Origin: a virus
Lineage: Duplodnaviria > Caudoviricetes
IMG/VR virus record: IMGVR_UViG_3300034788_000438
Location: 1-51,454 of that record
DNA: 51,454 nucleotides
Strand: one strand, 5' to 3'
In this document: positions 17,393 to 25,412 of the stretch, piece after piece
Layout: each line of letters begins with the position of its first letter
Position numbering within the stretch: position 1 is the first letter of the stretch
The notes under the pieces: model-generated
What the model saw: the letters and a program-made list of their open reading frames with translations, nothing else
The model's database searches: none
Told to the model about the DNA's origin: nothing
Made by a program: the position numbers and the translations under genes

Positions 17393-17595
17393 TTGATGGC
17401 CTCCCAATCCTTAAGGTTCATCCGGTCATAGCGAATGTCTTTGATGACCTTCTGCACAAGCATACGGCGGTACTGGCGCATTCCTGGCAGGTGCTCGTTG
17501 CGCCACTCTGGAATGAGCTTGACGCGCAGCAGGTGTTTGGCGCGGTCAATGTGGCCTTGGATCTTCTGGCGGGTTTCTTCTACGTAGTCGGTCAT
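17389..17595 (-). CDS. hypothetical protein
   Basis: 68 aa; GAGGAG RBS. Confidence 0.6.
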   Translation of the reverse strand: MTDYVEETRQKIQGHIDRAKHLLRVKLIPEWRNEHLPGMRQYRRMLVQKVIKDIRYDRMNLKDWEAIK

Positions 17596-17762
17596 CCTAA
17601 AATCTCCTCTTCTGTAAAAAAGCTAAGGCAAGACATTTTGCCGCACTGATAGGTAACGCCTTCTTGGTCTTCGCGGCGCTCCAACTCATTGCCGCACTCT
17701 GGGCAAATAGGATCGTCAGGCCACTCACCAAACCATTCTATCATGTCTGCCATGTCGCCCAT
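17592..17762 (-). CDS. small zinc-ribbon protein, 56 aa (MGDMADMIEW...)
   Basis: Manual translation; CPEC...CGKMSC; coupled at both ends. Confidence 0.6.
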   Translation of the reverse strand: MGDMADMIEWFGEWPDDPICPECGNELERREDQEGVTYQCGKMSCLSFFTEEEILG

Positions 17763-18031
17763 CAAACTTCCTCCGTTTCTTTCCCTGCATTATCCACCGA
17801 GCGCGGGGCTGATGCTATGCGGCGCAATGTCGCAAGCCCGCGCGGGTCAATCAGCTTGTACCGGATTACACGGGCGTATCCCTTGCGCCAGATCCATGAG
17901 CCTGCATGCCCTTTACCTATTCGGCATTGCGCAACCTCTGTTTCACCGCATGGGAAAAGCAGCGTCACCACAGCGTCACGCCCTGATAGGTGGGGGACTG
18001 GTTGGCCGTTGTGGCGATGCCAGCCGGTCAT
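17762..18031 (-). CDS. hypothetical protein
   Basis: WHRHNGQPVP N-terminus similar to WHGWNGGECP in 27833..28156. Confidence 0.6.
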   Translation of the reverse strand: MTGWHRHNGQPVPHLSGRDAVVTLLFPCGETEVAQCRIGKGHAGSWIWRKGYARVIRYKLIDPRGLATLRRIASAPRSVDNAGKETEEV

Positions 18032-18309
18032 GGGGCTTTTCTTGCTGGCGACACGGCAAGCGCTTCAATGAGCAGATCTATAGTTTTGGCCGATGGACTC
18101 ACATTAACGGATGGGGAGTGCGGCGTTCCTGCTGCGTAGGGATAATTCTCAACCCATACTAGACGACCACCAACCCGCGCCGTGCAATTGGTTTCATGGC
18201 AAACATCTCCCCTTGAAATTGCTCTCAAAACAAACGCATCCCAGCTTTTTGAATACCTGCCGTTCATTAGCCAAAATCTTGGTCGAAACAGTCTATAAAA
18301 ATCGATCAC
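18028..18309 (-). CDS. hypothetical protein
   Basis: GTG start within a GGAGGTGGGGCAGTGA junction. Confidence 0.55.
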   Translation of the reverse strand: MIDFYRLFRPRFWLMNGRYSKSWDAFVLRAISRGDVCHETNCTARVGGRLVWVENYPYAAGTPHSPSVNVSPSAKTIDLLIEALAVSPARKAP

Positions 18310-18653
18310 TGCCCCACCTCCTGTGCAATAAGAGCTTTGAGGATAGCCAGCAGCCACGCGCGGGCGGGGCATTTTTGACCATCGCCCGACCTGTAAATTC
18401 CCACCCCTGGCCCAGCCACTAAATGAACAGCCACAGAATAACCCGTTGCCGTGGAATGTATTCCATACCATTGGCGCGGCAGCACAGCCTCATGCAGCGC
18501 CTTGGCGGCGTCTAGGGAGCCTTCCATAATACGCCCGACCCCCAACCAAACCGGAGGAAATGAAACGGCGCTATTGACGATTAATTCTCTGACAGCTTCA
18601 GCGTCTCCATCCTCCACCTTCTCCGCAAGTTCTCTCAGCGCCTCAACACTCAC
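18306..18653 (-). CDS. hypothetical phage protein
   Basis: GSLDAAKALHEAVLP...PARAWLLAILKALIA pattern; GTG start in the same junction repeat. Confidence 0.65.
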   Translation of the reverse strand: MSVEALRELAEKVEDGDAEAVRELIVNSAVSFPPVWLGVGRIMEGSLDAAKALHEAVLPRQWYGIHSTATGYSVAVHLVAGPGVGIYRSGDGQKCPARAWLLAILKALIAQEVGQ

Positions 18654-18667
18654 TGCCCCACCTCCTG
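18306..18667. repeat. 18-bp direct repeat TCACTGCCCCACCTCCTG at 18306-18323 and 18650-18667
   Basis: Directly visible; encodes RBS, stop and start at two gene junctions. Confidence 0.9.
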
Positions 18668-18805
18668 CGCCACACCCCAATCATGCGCGCTCTTCCGCGC
18701 TGTCTCGGTCACGTTGATTGCGTAGAGGAAGATCACAACAAGCGCTGCAATGCAGGACAGCCAGTTGATGATAAACATTGCGGATTTGTGTTGGTCGTCG
18801 GTCAT
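18650..18805 (-). CDS. small single-TM protein
   Basis: AGGAGAG RBS; hydrophobic FIINWLSCIAALVVIFLYAI. Confidence 0.6.
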   Translation of the reverse strand: MTDDQHKSAMFIINWLSCIAALVVIFLYAINVTETARKSAHDWGVAQEVGQ

Positions 18806-18815
18806 TGGTTCTCTC

Positions 18816-19109
18816 CTATGAAACGTCTTTGTCATTATACCACCACTCTTGTTGGCAGTTCCCGCAGTATGCGTTTTCTTGCGGGTCAACATATGCGGTG
18901 CATGTGGTTCCTGCGCACGGGGCTTTGCCTTCCGCCTGCGCCCGCTCTGCTGCGTTGCGCTCTGATGCAGCTATAAGCGCATCTGCTGAGAAGTGCGTTG
19001 CGTGCATGCTCTGCGCCCGATACCGGCGACCATAGCCGCATGTGCAAATCTGGTTTAGGCCGTCATCGTATCCGGTGCCGTAGCATTTATGGCAGTCGCT
19101 GGCTGGCAT
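18816..19109 (-). CDS. Cys-rich hypothetical protein, first leftward gene
   Basis: AGGAGAG RBS; CxxCxGxG and further CxxC motifs. Confidence 0.65.
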   Translation of the reverse strand: MPASDCHKCYGTGYDDGLNQICTCGYGRRYRAQSMHATHFSADALIAASERNAAERAQAEGKAPCAGTTCTAYVDPQENAYCGNCQQEWWYNDKDVS

Positions 19110-19124
19110 GTGTCTCTCCTTGCT

Positions 19125-19199
19125 TGGGTTGAATGTAAATTAGGCATTGCACAAAGTAAACCCCTTGCGTGCAATTTATTTGCATGATATATATTGAGC
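19125..19199. promoter_or_regulatory. divergent promoter region with inverted-repeat operator
   Basis: AT-rich strand switch; ATTGCAC(19146-52)/GTGCAAT(19169-75); rightward TTGCGT-N17-TATATA; leftward TTTACT-N17-TACATT. Confidence 0.65.
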
Positions 19200-19349
19200 A
19201 TGGACGATAAACGAACAGAGCAAATTCGCCTTATTCTTAGCGATAGCGAGAAACAGGTGATTGAACAGGCAGCAAAGAAAAGCGGCCTACGACCTGGAGC
19301 ATATGGACGCATGAAGCTTTTGGAAGCTGCGCGAAAGGATATGCAATGA
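19200..19349 (+). CDS. ribbon-helix-helix (Arc/MobC-like) regulator, 49 aa, probably leaderless
   Basis: MDDKRTEQIRLILSDSEKQVIEQAAKKSGLRPGAYGRMKLLEAARKDMQ; no SD; ATG 6 nt after the -10. Confidence 0.7.
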   Translation: MDDKRTEQIRLILSDSEKQVIEQAAKKSGLRPGAYGRMKLLEAARKDMQ

Positions 19350-19630
19350 TAGACCATCCAAAGTGCAAAGCGTGCGCCCATTTTTCGGCAAGTTCTGACG
19401 AATGGGATAGACCGCATGGTTTTGGCGTATGTAATCTTGTCGAAATGACGTGCGAAATGACTGCTTGGGATGAGGATTATGAAAATTTGACGCTAAAGCC
19501 GGAATATAAAAAGCACTTAGCTGGCGTCATGGATGGGTCATCTTACAGTGCGACTTTGCACCCGCACCCAGATTTCTATTGCCCAATGCATTCAGATTTG
19601 ATGCCAGAATTGGAGAGCACCAATGACTGA
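19346..19630 (+). CDS. hypothetical Cys-containing protein
   Basis: 94 aa; CKACAH...FYCPMH; ATGA overlap. Confidence 0.65.
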   Translation: MIDHPKCKACAHFSASSDEWDRPHGFGVCNLVEMTCEMTAWDEDYENLTLKPEYKKHLAGVMDGSSYSATLHPHPDFYCPMHSDLMPELESTND

Positions 19631-19745
19631 CCACATGGACAACGCAAGTGAGCTAGACACAGCCTTTCGCTGCGGCGTCGCTGTCGTGGCAATGCTGGTG
19701 GTTGCTGGCCTGGGGTTGGGGGTGATGCTATGCGCCGCCTTCTAA
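19623..19745 (+). CDS. 40-aa single-TM peptide
   Basis: Manual translation MTDHMDNASELDTAFRCGVAVVAMLVVAGLGLGVMLCAAF; GGAGAG RBS. Confidence 0.5.
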   Translation: MTDHMDNASELDTAFRCGVAVVAMLVVAGLGLGVMLCAAF

Positions 19746-19975
19746 ACCTCTTCACCCGCAAACCCACCCCTCCCCCACAAGTGCTTGACGTAGCCGCAGC
19801 AAAGCGCCGCGCAGAGCAGCGAGAGGCGCGTTCCAAGATTGAAGCCATTGTGTTGCGCGAGATTTATTGGGCTGAATATATGGATGCCGTGGACCGAAAG
19901 CATACTCAGGACCAGCGCAAAGCCCTAAAGCGTGTTCGTCGGGCAACTGACCTATGCCTAGAGTTGGGGGTGTGA
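19730..19975 (+). CDS. hypothetical protein
   Basis: 81 aa ORF in operon. Confidence 0.6.
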   Translation: MRRLLNLFTRKPTPPPQVLDVAAAKRRAEQREARSKIEAIVLREIYWAEYMDAVDRKHTQDQRKALKRVRRATDLCLELGV

Positions 19976-19976
19976 G

Positions 19977-20306
19977 ATGGGGATTGTGACAACATACGTT
20001 TGCCCCCCGATCCCCGACAGAGGGCACGACTGGCACGCCCATTTTGATTGGCAGTGCGCAAGTGATTTGTCGTGCGAGGGATACGGAGAGACGGAAGAGA
20101 GTGCAGTTATCGACTTGTTGACCAATGCGCTTGAAGTGGACCTTGACGGCTCAGAGCAAGAGGAAGTCATTGAGCTAGCCATTCGTGGTTTTGCTGCAAT
20201 GAAAGATGAGGCCAAAACAAGACCGGCAACCACATTGCGAAACGAAAGTGGCCCGAAGCTAGACCGCCAGTGCCGCAGAGAGATAGAGGGAAGGCAAGAT
20301 GTCTGA
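19977..20306 (+). CDS. hypothetical protein
   Basis: 109 aa; PPIPDRGHDWHA...GYGETEESAV pattern. Confidence 0.6.
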   Translation: MGIVTTYVCPPIPDRGHDWHAHFDWQCASDLSCEGYGETEESAVIDLLTNALEVDLDGSEQEEVIELAIRGFAAMKDEAKTRPATTLRNESGPKLDRQCRREIEGRQDV

Positions 20307-20676
20307 GCCAATTGGCGTTTTCCAAATCGGGATATTCAACACACAGGTTGCGGTTTTTGATAGTTTGAAGAAACTACAGAAGCACCACACAAAAACGCTT
20401 GGATTTTCAGCAATTGAAGGCCTCAACCCTGCGTCCTACGGCATGTGCGTCAAGGAAACCGTAGATGACGGGACGGTTTATTTTTACTTGTATATTGGGG
20501 AAGATGCCAGCCAATACACCCGAATCCATGAATGCAGCCACTTGGTTGATTGGGTCATGGAAAATTGCGGTGTTCCGGTTGACGTGAACAACACAGAGAT
20601 CCGCGCCTACATGCTGGCGGAATGCTGTCAGCTTCTTGACGAAGTTTTGCAGGATCATTGGGGGTCGTCACAATGA
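20299..20676 (+). CDS. hypothetical protein with HExxH motif
   Basis: IHECSHLV...NTEIRAY, metallopeptidase-like. Confidence 0.6.
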   Translation: MSEPIGVFQIGIFNTQVAVFDSLKKLQKHHTKTLGFSAIEGLNPASYGMCVKETVDDGTVYFYLYIGEDASQYTRIHECSHLVDWVMENCGVPVDVNNTEIRAYMLAECCQLLDEVLQDHWGSSQ

Positions 20677-21056
20677 CACACACAGTCACGCTTCCATGGC
20701 CCAGCAAGCACCTAAGCCGCAACGCGCGGGTGCACTGGGCTGTCAGATCCAAAGCAACCAAGGCGGCGCGTACACTGGCGTTCTGGGAGGGCCGCATGGC
20801 AAAACTCCCACCGTCACCGGATGCGGTCATGACCTTCACCTTTCACCCGCCTGACAATCGCCGCAGAGACGCGCACAACATGCCTGACATGATGAAGGCA
20901 TACATTGACGGGCTGGCTGACGCGATGGGTGTGGATGACATAAATTTTCAATGCCGGTTTCCCAGCAAATTCGCAGAGGTCCGCAAGGGTGGCCAGGTTG
21001 TGGTTGAGATTACCGCGCCGAGCGTTCTTGTGGAGCACAGAGGGCAAATCACATGA
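20673..21056 (+). CDS. rusA: RusA-like Holliday junction resolvase
   Basis: TLPWP...FHPPDNRRRDAHN...KAYIDGLADAMGVDD. Confidence 0.8.
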   Translation: MTHTVTLPWPSKHLSRNARVHWAVRSKATKAARTLAFWEGRMAKLPPSPDAVMTFTFHPPDNRRRDAHNMPDMMKAYIDGLADAMGVDDINFQCRFPSKFAEVRKGGQVVVEITAPSVLVEHRGQIT

Positions 21057-21238
21057 CTGACCCCGACGCACACGCCCACCTGATCGACGTCAAAACCATG
21101 TTCTGCAAGAAGTGCGGGCAGCACATGGAAGACCACGCAGCGCGCATCGATCCTTGTCCTGGCGGCGGTGTGGTTGTTGGCATATCCCACATTCTTCTGC
21201 GCAATAGGTTCAAGGAAGAAACGGGGGTTGCGTTGTAG
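21053..21238 (+). CDS. hypothetical protein
   Basis: 61 aa; CKKC; ATGA overlap. Confidence 0.55.
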   Translation: MTDPDAHAHLIDVKTMFCKKCGQHMEDHAARIDPCPGGGVVVGISHILLRNRFKEETGVAL

Positions 21239-21269
21239 GGTGTGTGTCGCAGGGGTGGGTTTGCAGGTT

Positions 21270-21800
21270 AGCAGAATCCACTTTGCACAGTTTGCAAACT
21301 CTCTGTTGGATTTGCTGGGGAAATGGCTTACAAAAGAAAGCGGCGGCGCGAGACTGTGAATCTCAAGCGCCGCCTTGGAAGGTGTACCGTCTGGCAGGAT
21401 TTGCACACCTTCGACAGCAAATATACCCAAACACGGGGCGCGTTGCAACAATCCTGTCTGACTTTTGGCCCTTAGAAAGCAAAGGGTATGGCAGATGGCT
21501 CACTGTTCTAAGCAAATGAGCAAAAACAAATCGCGGGCAATGCTTCCCTTTGTACCCCGTGGCCGTGGAGTTGAACGAGCAACCCTCGGAAGGTAAAGCG
21601 CCAAATTTTGCGCCTGTGTTGGAATTTGACCCCCAATATGGCGTTTTTTGGTAAGGTCGCCTGGAAAAGACCTTGGCAGGTGTTGGGAAACCAGCAGGGC
21701 GAGAGCCAAAGGAAATGAGTACTGGGCGAAAGCTGGGCGTGGTCTGCCCCCGTGGTTAAGGTAGGTGGCTATCTCCACGGCAGGAAAAGGGGGAGCTGTA
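21270..21800 (+). ncRNA. candidate structured non-coding RNA / origin region
   Basis: About 580 bp without a convincing ORF; many stems and three GNRA-capped hairpins. Confidence 0.45.
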
Positions 21801-21820
21801 TCTAATGGAAGGAAAGACGG

Positions 21821-21976
21821 ATGAAAGATGAAGATCTGCAAGTAGAGCGATGCAGGATTGCATTGTATGATCTGGGTTCAAGAGAGGGTGCTACAGTCCA
21901 TGGAGTGATCAAGCAATTAAAACGGGACGGCTTCACGGCTGATCAGATTTCAAAAGCTGCGGATAAGACGCTTTAA
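21821..21976 (+). CDS. hypothetical 51-aa protein (MKDEDLQVER...)
   Basis: Manual translation; purine-rich RBS. Confidence 0.5.
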   Translation: MKDEDLQVERCRIALYDLGSREGATVHGVIKQLKRDGFTADQISKAADKTL

Positions 21977-21981
21977 CCCCC

Positions 21982-21998
21982 CGCGACATTTTGTCAAC
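21982..21998 (+). promoter_or_regulatory. RegA-like box upstream of 22055
   Basis: CGCGACATTTTGTCAAC, then TTCCCC-N17-CAGGAT. Confidence 0.5.
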
Positions 21999-22054
21999 TT
22001 CCCCACCCTTCCGCTCTAAGGCAGGATGGGGAGAGAGTAACAAGGAGAGAGATT

Positions 22055-22453
22055 GTGGAGATTGATATTTTCAATTACGTCAATGACGCAGAAATCAAAG
22101 AGGCTATTCTGGACGGCATCAAGAATTATGCGTCATCAAATGCAGAGCGTGTTATTGCGAATGCGGGGCATCATTTAGCCACGGACATCGTGAATGAAAA
22201 GCTTGGCGTAAATGCTGAGGTTGACATTGCTCTTAAGGCTAAGGAAGTGATCAGTAAGCTTTCTAGCTACACTCTTTTTGATGTCGGGGGTTATGGTCGG
22301 CCACCGTCAGATGCGCGAAAGCTTTTAGATCATTGCGTTCGGGAAAACAAAGACGATCTTTCCCAAGCGGTAAAGTCTGCCATGCACAACCTTTCAAAGC
22401 GTGACGTGATGGAAATCATTAAAGAGGGCAAGTTTAAAATGGTGGTTGAGTGA
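22055..22453 (+). CDS. hypothetical protein
   Basis: 132 aa; AGGAGAG RBS. Confidence 0.7.
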   Translation: MEIDIFNYVNDAEIKEAILDGIKNYASSNAERVIANAGHHLATDIVNEKLGVNAEVDIALKAKEVISKLSSYTLFDVGGYGRPPSDARKLLDHCVRENKDDLSQAVKSAMHNLSKRDVMEIIKEGKFKMVVE

Positions 22454-22456
22454 GCC

Positions 22457-22939
22457 ATGAATGACCTCTTTCAATGCACTTGCCCCCACTGCGGCCAACC
22501 GCTTCCAGACCAAAGCGTCACTGAAACCACGAAAGACGGAAGCTTTGCAAAATTCTGGGCTAGCATCCCCAAGGGAACAACAAAGGGCAGCAAGAAAAAC
22601 GCAGAGAAGGCATGGCACAAGCTTACAGCGCAGGAGCAGGCCCTAGCCGCAGAGCGCGCCCCCGTGTTCTACACGCTAACGCCAGATGAGCGTTTCGGTG
22701 CGCTGGGTTTGCATGTGTCCACGTTTCTCAACGGCGGTCACTACGAAGAGGAAGTGATAGCTGAGAAGATGAAGCGCCGCCAGGAGAAGGCCGCATACGA
22801 TCCGCGCCAGATGGCAGCTAAAAACATCAAGTCGGGCAAGCGCTTTCTATGCACAAACATAACCCCCACCAAGGCCCGCACCCTCATTGCAGATGGCCTT
22901 GTGACAGAGGACGAATGTAGAAAGGTAGGAGTGTTGTAA
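22457..22939 (+). CDS. replication initiator/replisome-organiser C-terminal-domain protein
   Basis: FAKFWASIPK...KKNAEKAWHKL...HVSTFLNG motif typical of phage initiator C-termini; N-terminal CPHC. Confidence 0.6.
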   Translation: MNDLFQCTCPHCGQPLPDQSVTETTKDGSFAKFWASIPKGTTKGSKKNAEKAWHKLTAQEQALAAERAPVFYTLTPDERFGALGLHVSTFLNGGHYEEEVIAEKMKRRQEKAAYDPRQMAAKNIKSGKRFLCTNITPTKARTLIADGLVTEDECRKVGVL

Positions 22940-23301
22940 TGGCTAAAACATGGAGAGAACGCACAAAGGCGCAGAAGCTGGCAGCGGTGAAGCGTTTGGC
23001 AAAATCAGACTGCGGGAAAGTGGACGCTTCTAAAAAGCTGGGTATTCACCTGACCACGCTTTACAACTTTCTGCACAAGCATGACATTGAGTGGACGTTT
23101 AAGGCAAACCCAGGCCGCAAGGAACAGAATTTCCCAACAAGCCAAATCGCCGCGTTTTACGAAGACGGCAACACGATGAAACAGACTGCGGAGCATTTTG
23201 GCATTTGCGTTCACAGCGTCAGGAATCGCCTAGAGCGCGCAGGCGTCACCCCTCGCCCTAGCGCGGCGCAGATCAACGCCACACTGGCGCAACACACATA
23301 G
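22939..23301 (+). CDS. double HTH DNA-binding protein
   Basis: DASKKLGIHLTTLYNFL and TMKQTAEHFGICVHSVRNRL. Confidence 0.75.
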   Translation: MAKTWRERTKAQKLAAVKRLAKSDCGKVDASKKLGIHLTTLYNFLHKHDIEWTFKANPGRKEQNFPTSQIAAFYEDGNTMKQTAEHFGICVHSVRNRLERAGVTPRPSAAQINATLAQHT

Positions 23302-23303
23302 GG

Positions 23304-23320
23304 CGCGACAACTCGCCGCA
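23304..23320 (+). promoter_or_regulatory. RegA-like box upstream of ssb
   Basis: CGCGACAACTCGCCGCA, then TTCCTA-N17-CAGTAT. Confidence 0.55.
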
Positions 23321-23375
23321 TTCCTAGGCACCCAACAACAGGCCAGTATAGGGCCACACACAAAGGAGAGACACA

Positions 23376-23795
23376 ATGCAGAAACTGATTATTGCAGGGA
23401 CGGTTGGGCGCGACGCAGAATTGCGCCAAACAGGCCGGGGCGATCCGGTCCTAGGGTTCTCACTTGCCATCGACAACGGCAAAGACCAGCAGGACAACAA
23501 GCGTGACGCCACATGGTACGATTGTTCAATTTGGGGAAAGCGAGCAACAGCGCTGCAATCCTACATCACCAAGGGTTCTAAGCTGACTCTGATCGGGCGT
23601 CCAACTGCGCGCGAGCATCAAGGCAAGGTTTACATGGGCATTTCCGTGGATGACCTGACGTTCATGGGCGGCGGTCAACAAGGTGGCCAGCAGGGCGCCG
23701 GCTACGATCAAGGCGGGGGGTATGGGCAAGGTGGTCAGCCGAGCAGTCGCGACATGGATGATGAGATCCCGTTTGCTCCTGAGTGGCGCGCATGA
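23376..23795 (+). CDS. ssb: single-stranded DNA-binding protein
   Basis: IAGTVGRDAELR...TWYDCSIWGK; Gly-rich linker; DDEIPF tail. Confidence 0.95.
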   Translation: MQKLIIAGTVGRDAELRQTGRGDPVLGFSLAIDNGKDQQDNKRDATWYDCSIWGKRATALQSYITKGSKLTLIGRPTAREHQGKVYMGISVDDLTFMGGGQQGGQQGAGYDQGGGYGQGGQPSSRDMDDEIPFAPEWRA

Positions 23796-24472
23796 CCGCA
23801 ATCAAGCGAGAGGAGCGCATAGGCGATTGCCGACTCATTTTGGGTGATTGCCTTGAGGTTATGAAGGAGTTGGAGCCGGTTGAAGCGGTGGTTACAGACC
23901 CGCCTTATGGGATTGCCGATAAGTGGACGGGCGGCAGCGGGCATGGATGGGGCAAGGCGAAGGCGCAGACGGAGAAGCGGAACAAATGGGATTCGGAACC
24001 ACTTGGCTTGTCTGAGTGTGAGCAGATTATCGCAGCCGCAAGGAAGGTAATCATTTGGGGTGGAAACTACTTCCCGCTCCCTCCTTCGCGTTGTTGGCTG
24101 GTCTGGAACAAACCGGAACGCGGCTTCACGTTGGCGGAGGCCGAGCTGGCGTGGACAAATATCGACTCCGTTGTTCGGGTGATTGATGCACCACGCTCGG
24201 AACCTGATCGGATACACCCGACGCAAAAGCCTATTTCTGTAATGTCTTTCTCAATTGAGAAGTCAAAGGCCGAAACCATCCTTGACCCCTTCATGGGCAG
24301 CGGCACCACCCTAGTTGCCTGCGCCAAGCTGGGCCGCAAGGGCATCGGCATCGAGCTAGATCCTGACTATTTTGACATCGCCTGCAAGCGTGTTGAGGAG
24401 GCTTACGCGCAGCCGGACCTCTTTGTTGCGCCACCAAGCACACCGCCAGAACAAACCGGAATGGATTTTTAG
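23792..24472 (+). CDS. DNA amino-methyltransferase (N4-C/N6-A, beta class)
   Basis: TDPPYG, HPTQKP, ILDPFMGSGTT. Confidence 0.92.
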   Translation: MTAIKREERIGDCRLILGDCLEVMKELEPVEAVVTDPPYGIADKWTGGSGHGWGKAKAQTEKRNKWDSEPLGLSECEQIIAAARKVIIWGGNYFPLPPSRCWLVWNKPERGFTLAEAELAWTNIDSVVRVIDAPRSEPDRIHPTQKPISVMSFSIEKSKAETILDPFMGSGTTLVACAKLGRKGIGIELDPDYFDIACKRVEEAYAQPDLFVAPPSTPPEQTGMDF

Positions 24473-24481
24473 GAGAGACCC

Positions 24482-24985
24482 ATGCTTCAATCTCAATTCA
24501 AAGCCAACGCCCAACACCCTGACAAATACGCAGGCCAGGAGTTTGAATCCCGCAAGGTCACGCACATGCCGCTTGACGGTAGCCCGCTGACACTTGAGGA
24601 AATCCGCTTTCTTGAGACGGTGGCTTTCCAATTCCCCCAGCTTGCGGAGAAGTATCGGGTGCATGAGGTGATGCACAAAGCGCCGGTCAAACAGTCTGAG
24701 GGAACCATGTGTGACAGCCGAATGGTGCCATCAAGTAAAGCGCTGGAAAAGACCAGCAAAAAGGAAGAGCGCCGCAAGGGGGTGCATGAGTTCCTGAAAG
24801 GCCGCGATTGGACAATGGTTAGCGAAGTTGCCGCGCAATTCACTGTCATCAAAAGCACTGCATCGGCTGACCTGAAGGCGCTTCTTGATGATGGCTTGCT
24901 AGAAACCAAGCTGGAACCAATGAGGGGTCAAGGCGGGATTTGCCGACTATACCGCCGCACAGACTGCGACACTTTGTCAAATTGA
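24482..24985 (+). CDS. winged-HTH protein
   Basis: VSEVAAQFTVIKSTASADLKALLDDGLL; AGGAGAG RBS. Confidence 0.7.
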   Translation: MLQSQFKANAQHPDKYAGQEFESRKVTHMPLDGSPLTLEEIRFLETVAFQFPQLAEKYRVHEVMHKAPVKQSEGTMCDSRMVPSSKALEKTSKKEERRKGVHEFLKGRDWTMVSEVAAQFTVIKSTASADLKALLDDGLLETKLEPMRGQGGICRLYRRTDCDTLSN

Positions 24986-25010
24986 TGCAAGCAGCCTATC
25001 GGGCTAATCT
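24965..25010 (+). promoter_or_regulatory. RegA-like box abutting a sigma70-type promoter
   Basis: TGCGACACTTTGTCAAA (24965-81) immediately followed by TTGATG-N17-TAATCT. Confidence 0.6.
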
Positions 25011-25037
25011 AAACCCACAACACACAGGAGAGATAAA

Positions 25038-25412
25038 GTGGATATTGATGACATGAAATTGGGCGATCTGAAAAAGATTGCTGCGATGTTTAGCGGAAGT
25101 GGCGATGCGCCAACGTCAAGCGGGTTTGAAGGGCGTTATGTGATTGTTCGCTGCAAAGATGCTGGCGTTCATGCTGGGGTTTTGGTTGCGGATTCGGGGC
25201 GCACGGCAACGCTCAAGGAAAGTCGCCGCCTTTGGTACTGGAAGAGCAATAAAGGGTCATTCCTTAGCGGCGTTGCGCGTGATGGCCTAGACGAAGAAAG
25301 CAAAGTTGGTGGTGAGGTTGATATTCACCTGACCGAGACATGCGAAATCATCCCTTGCAGCGAGATTGCGGAGAAAAGCATTCGAGGAATCAAGGCTCAT
25401 GAGCGCGACTAA
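25038..25412 (+). CDS. predicted Sm/LSm-like DUF6948-like protein, copy 2
   Basis: GRYVIVRCKDAGVHAGVL...TLKESRRLWYW...LSGVARDG...EIIPCS. Confidence 0.7.
   Translation: MDIDDMKLGDLKKIAAMFSGSGDAPTSSGFEGRYVIVRCKDAGVHAGVLVADSGRTATLKESRRLWYWKSNKGSFLSGVARDGLDEESKVGGEVDIHLTETCEIIPCSEIAEKSIRGIKAHERD

Noticed and set aside
17629-17645. RegA-like box TGCGGCAAAATGTCTTG (minus strand)
   Set aside because: It lies inside the 56-aa zinc-ribbon ORF, where it encodes CGKMSC, and lacks the -10 spacing of the other sites.
21342-21374. tRNA-His-like anticodon loop (CTGTGAA)
   Set aside because: No D arm, TTC arm or acceptor stem around it; treated as part of the structured region. No tRNA gene was recognised in the window.
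23792-24472. Restriction-modification system
   Set aside because: Orphan methyltransferase with no adjacent endonuclease, which is common in phages.
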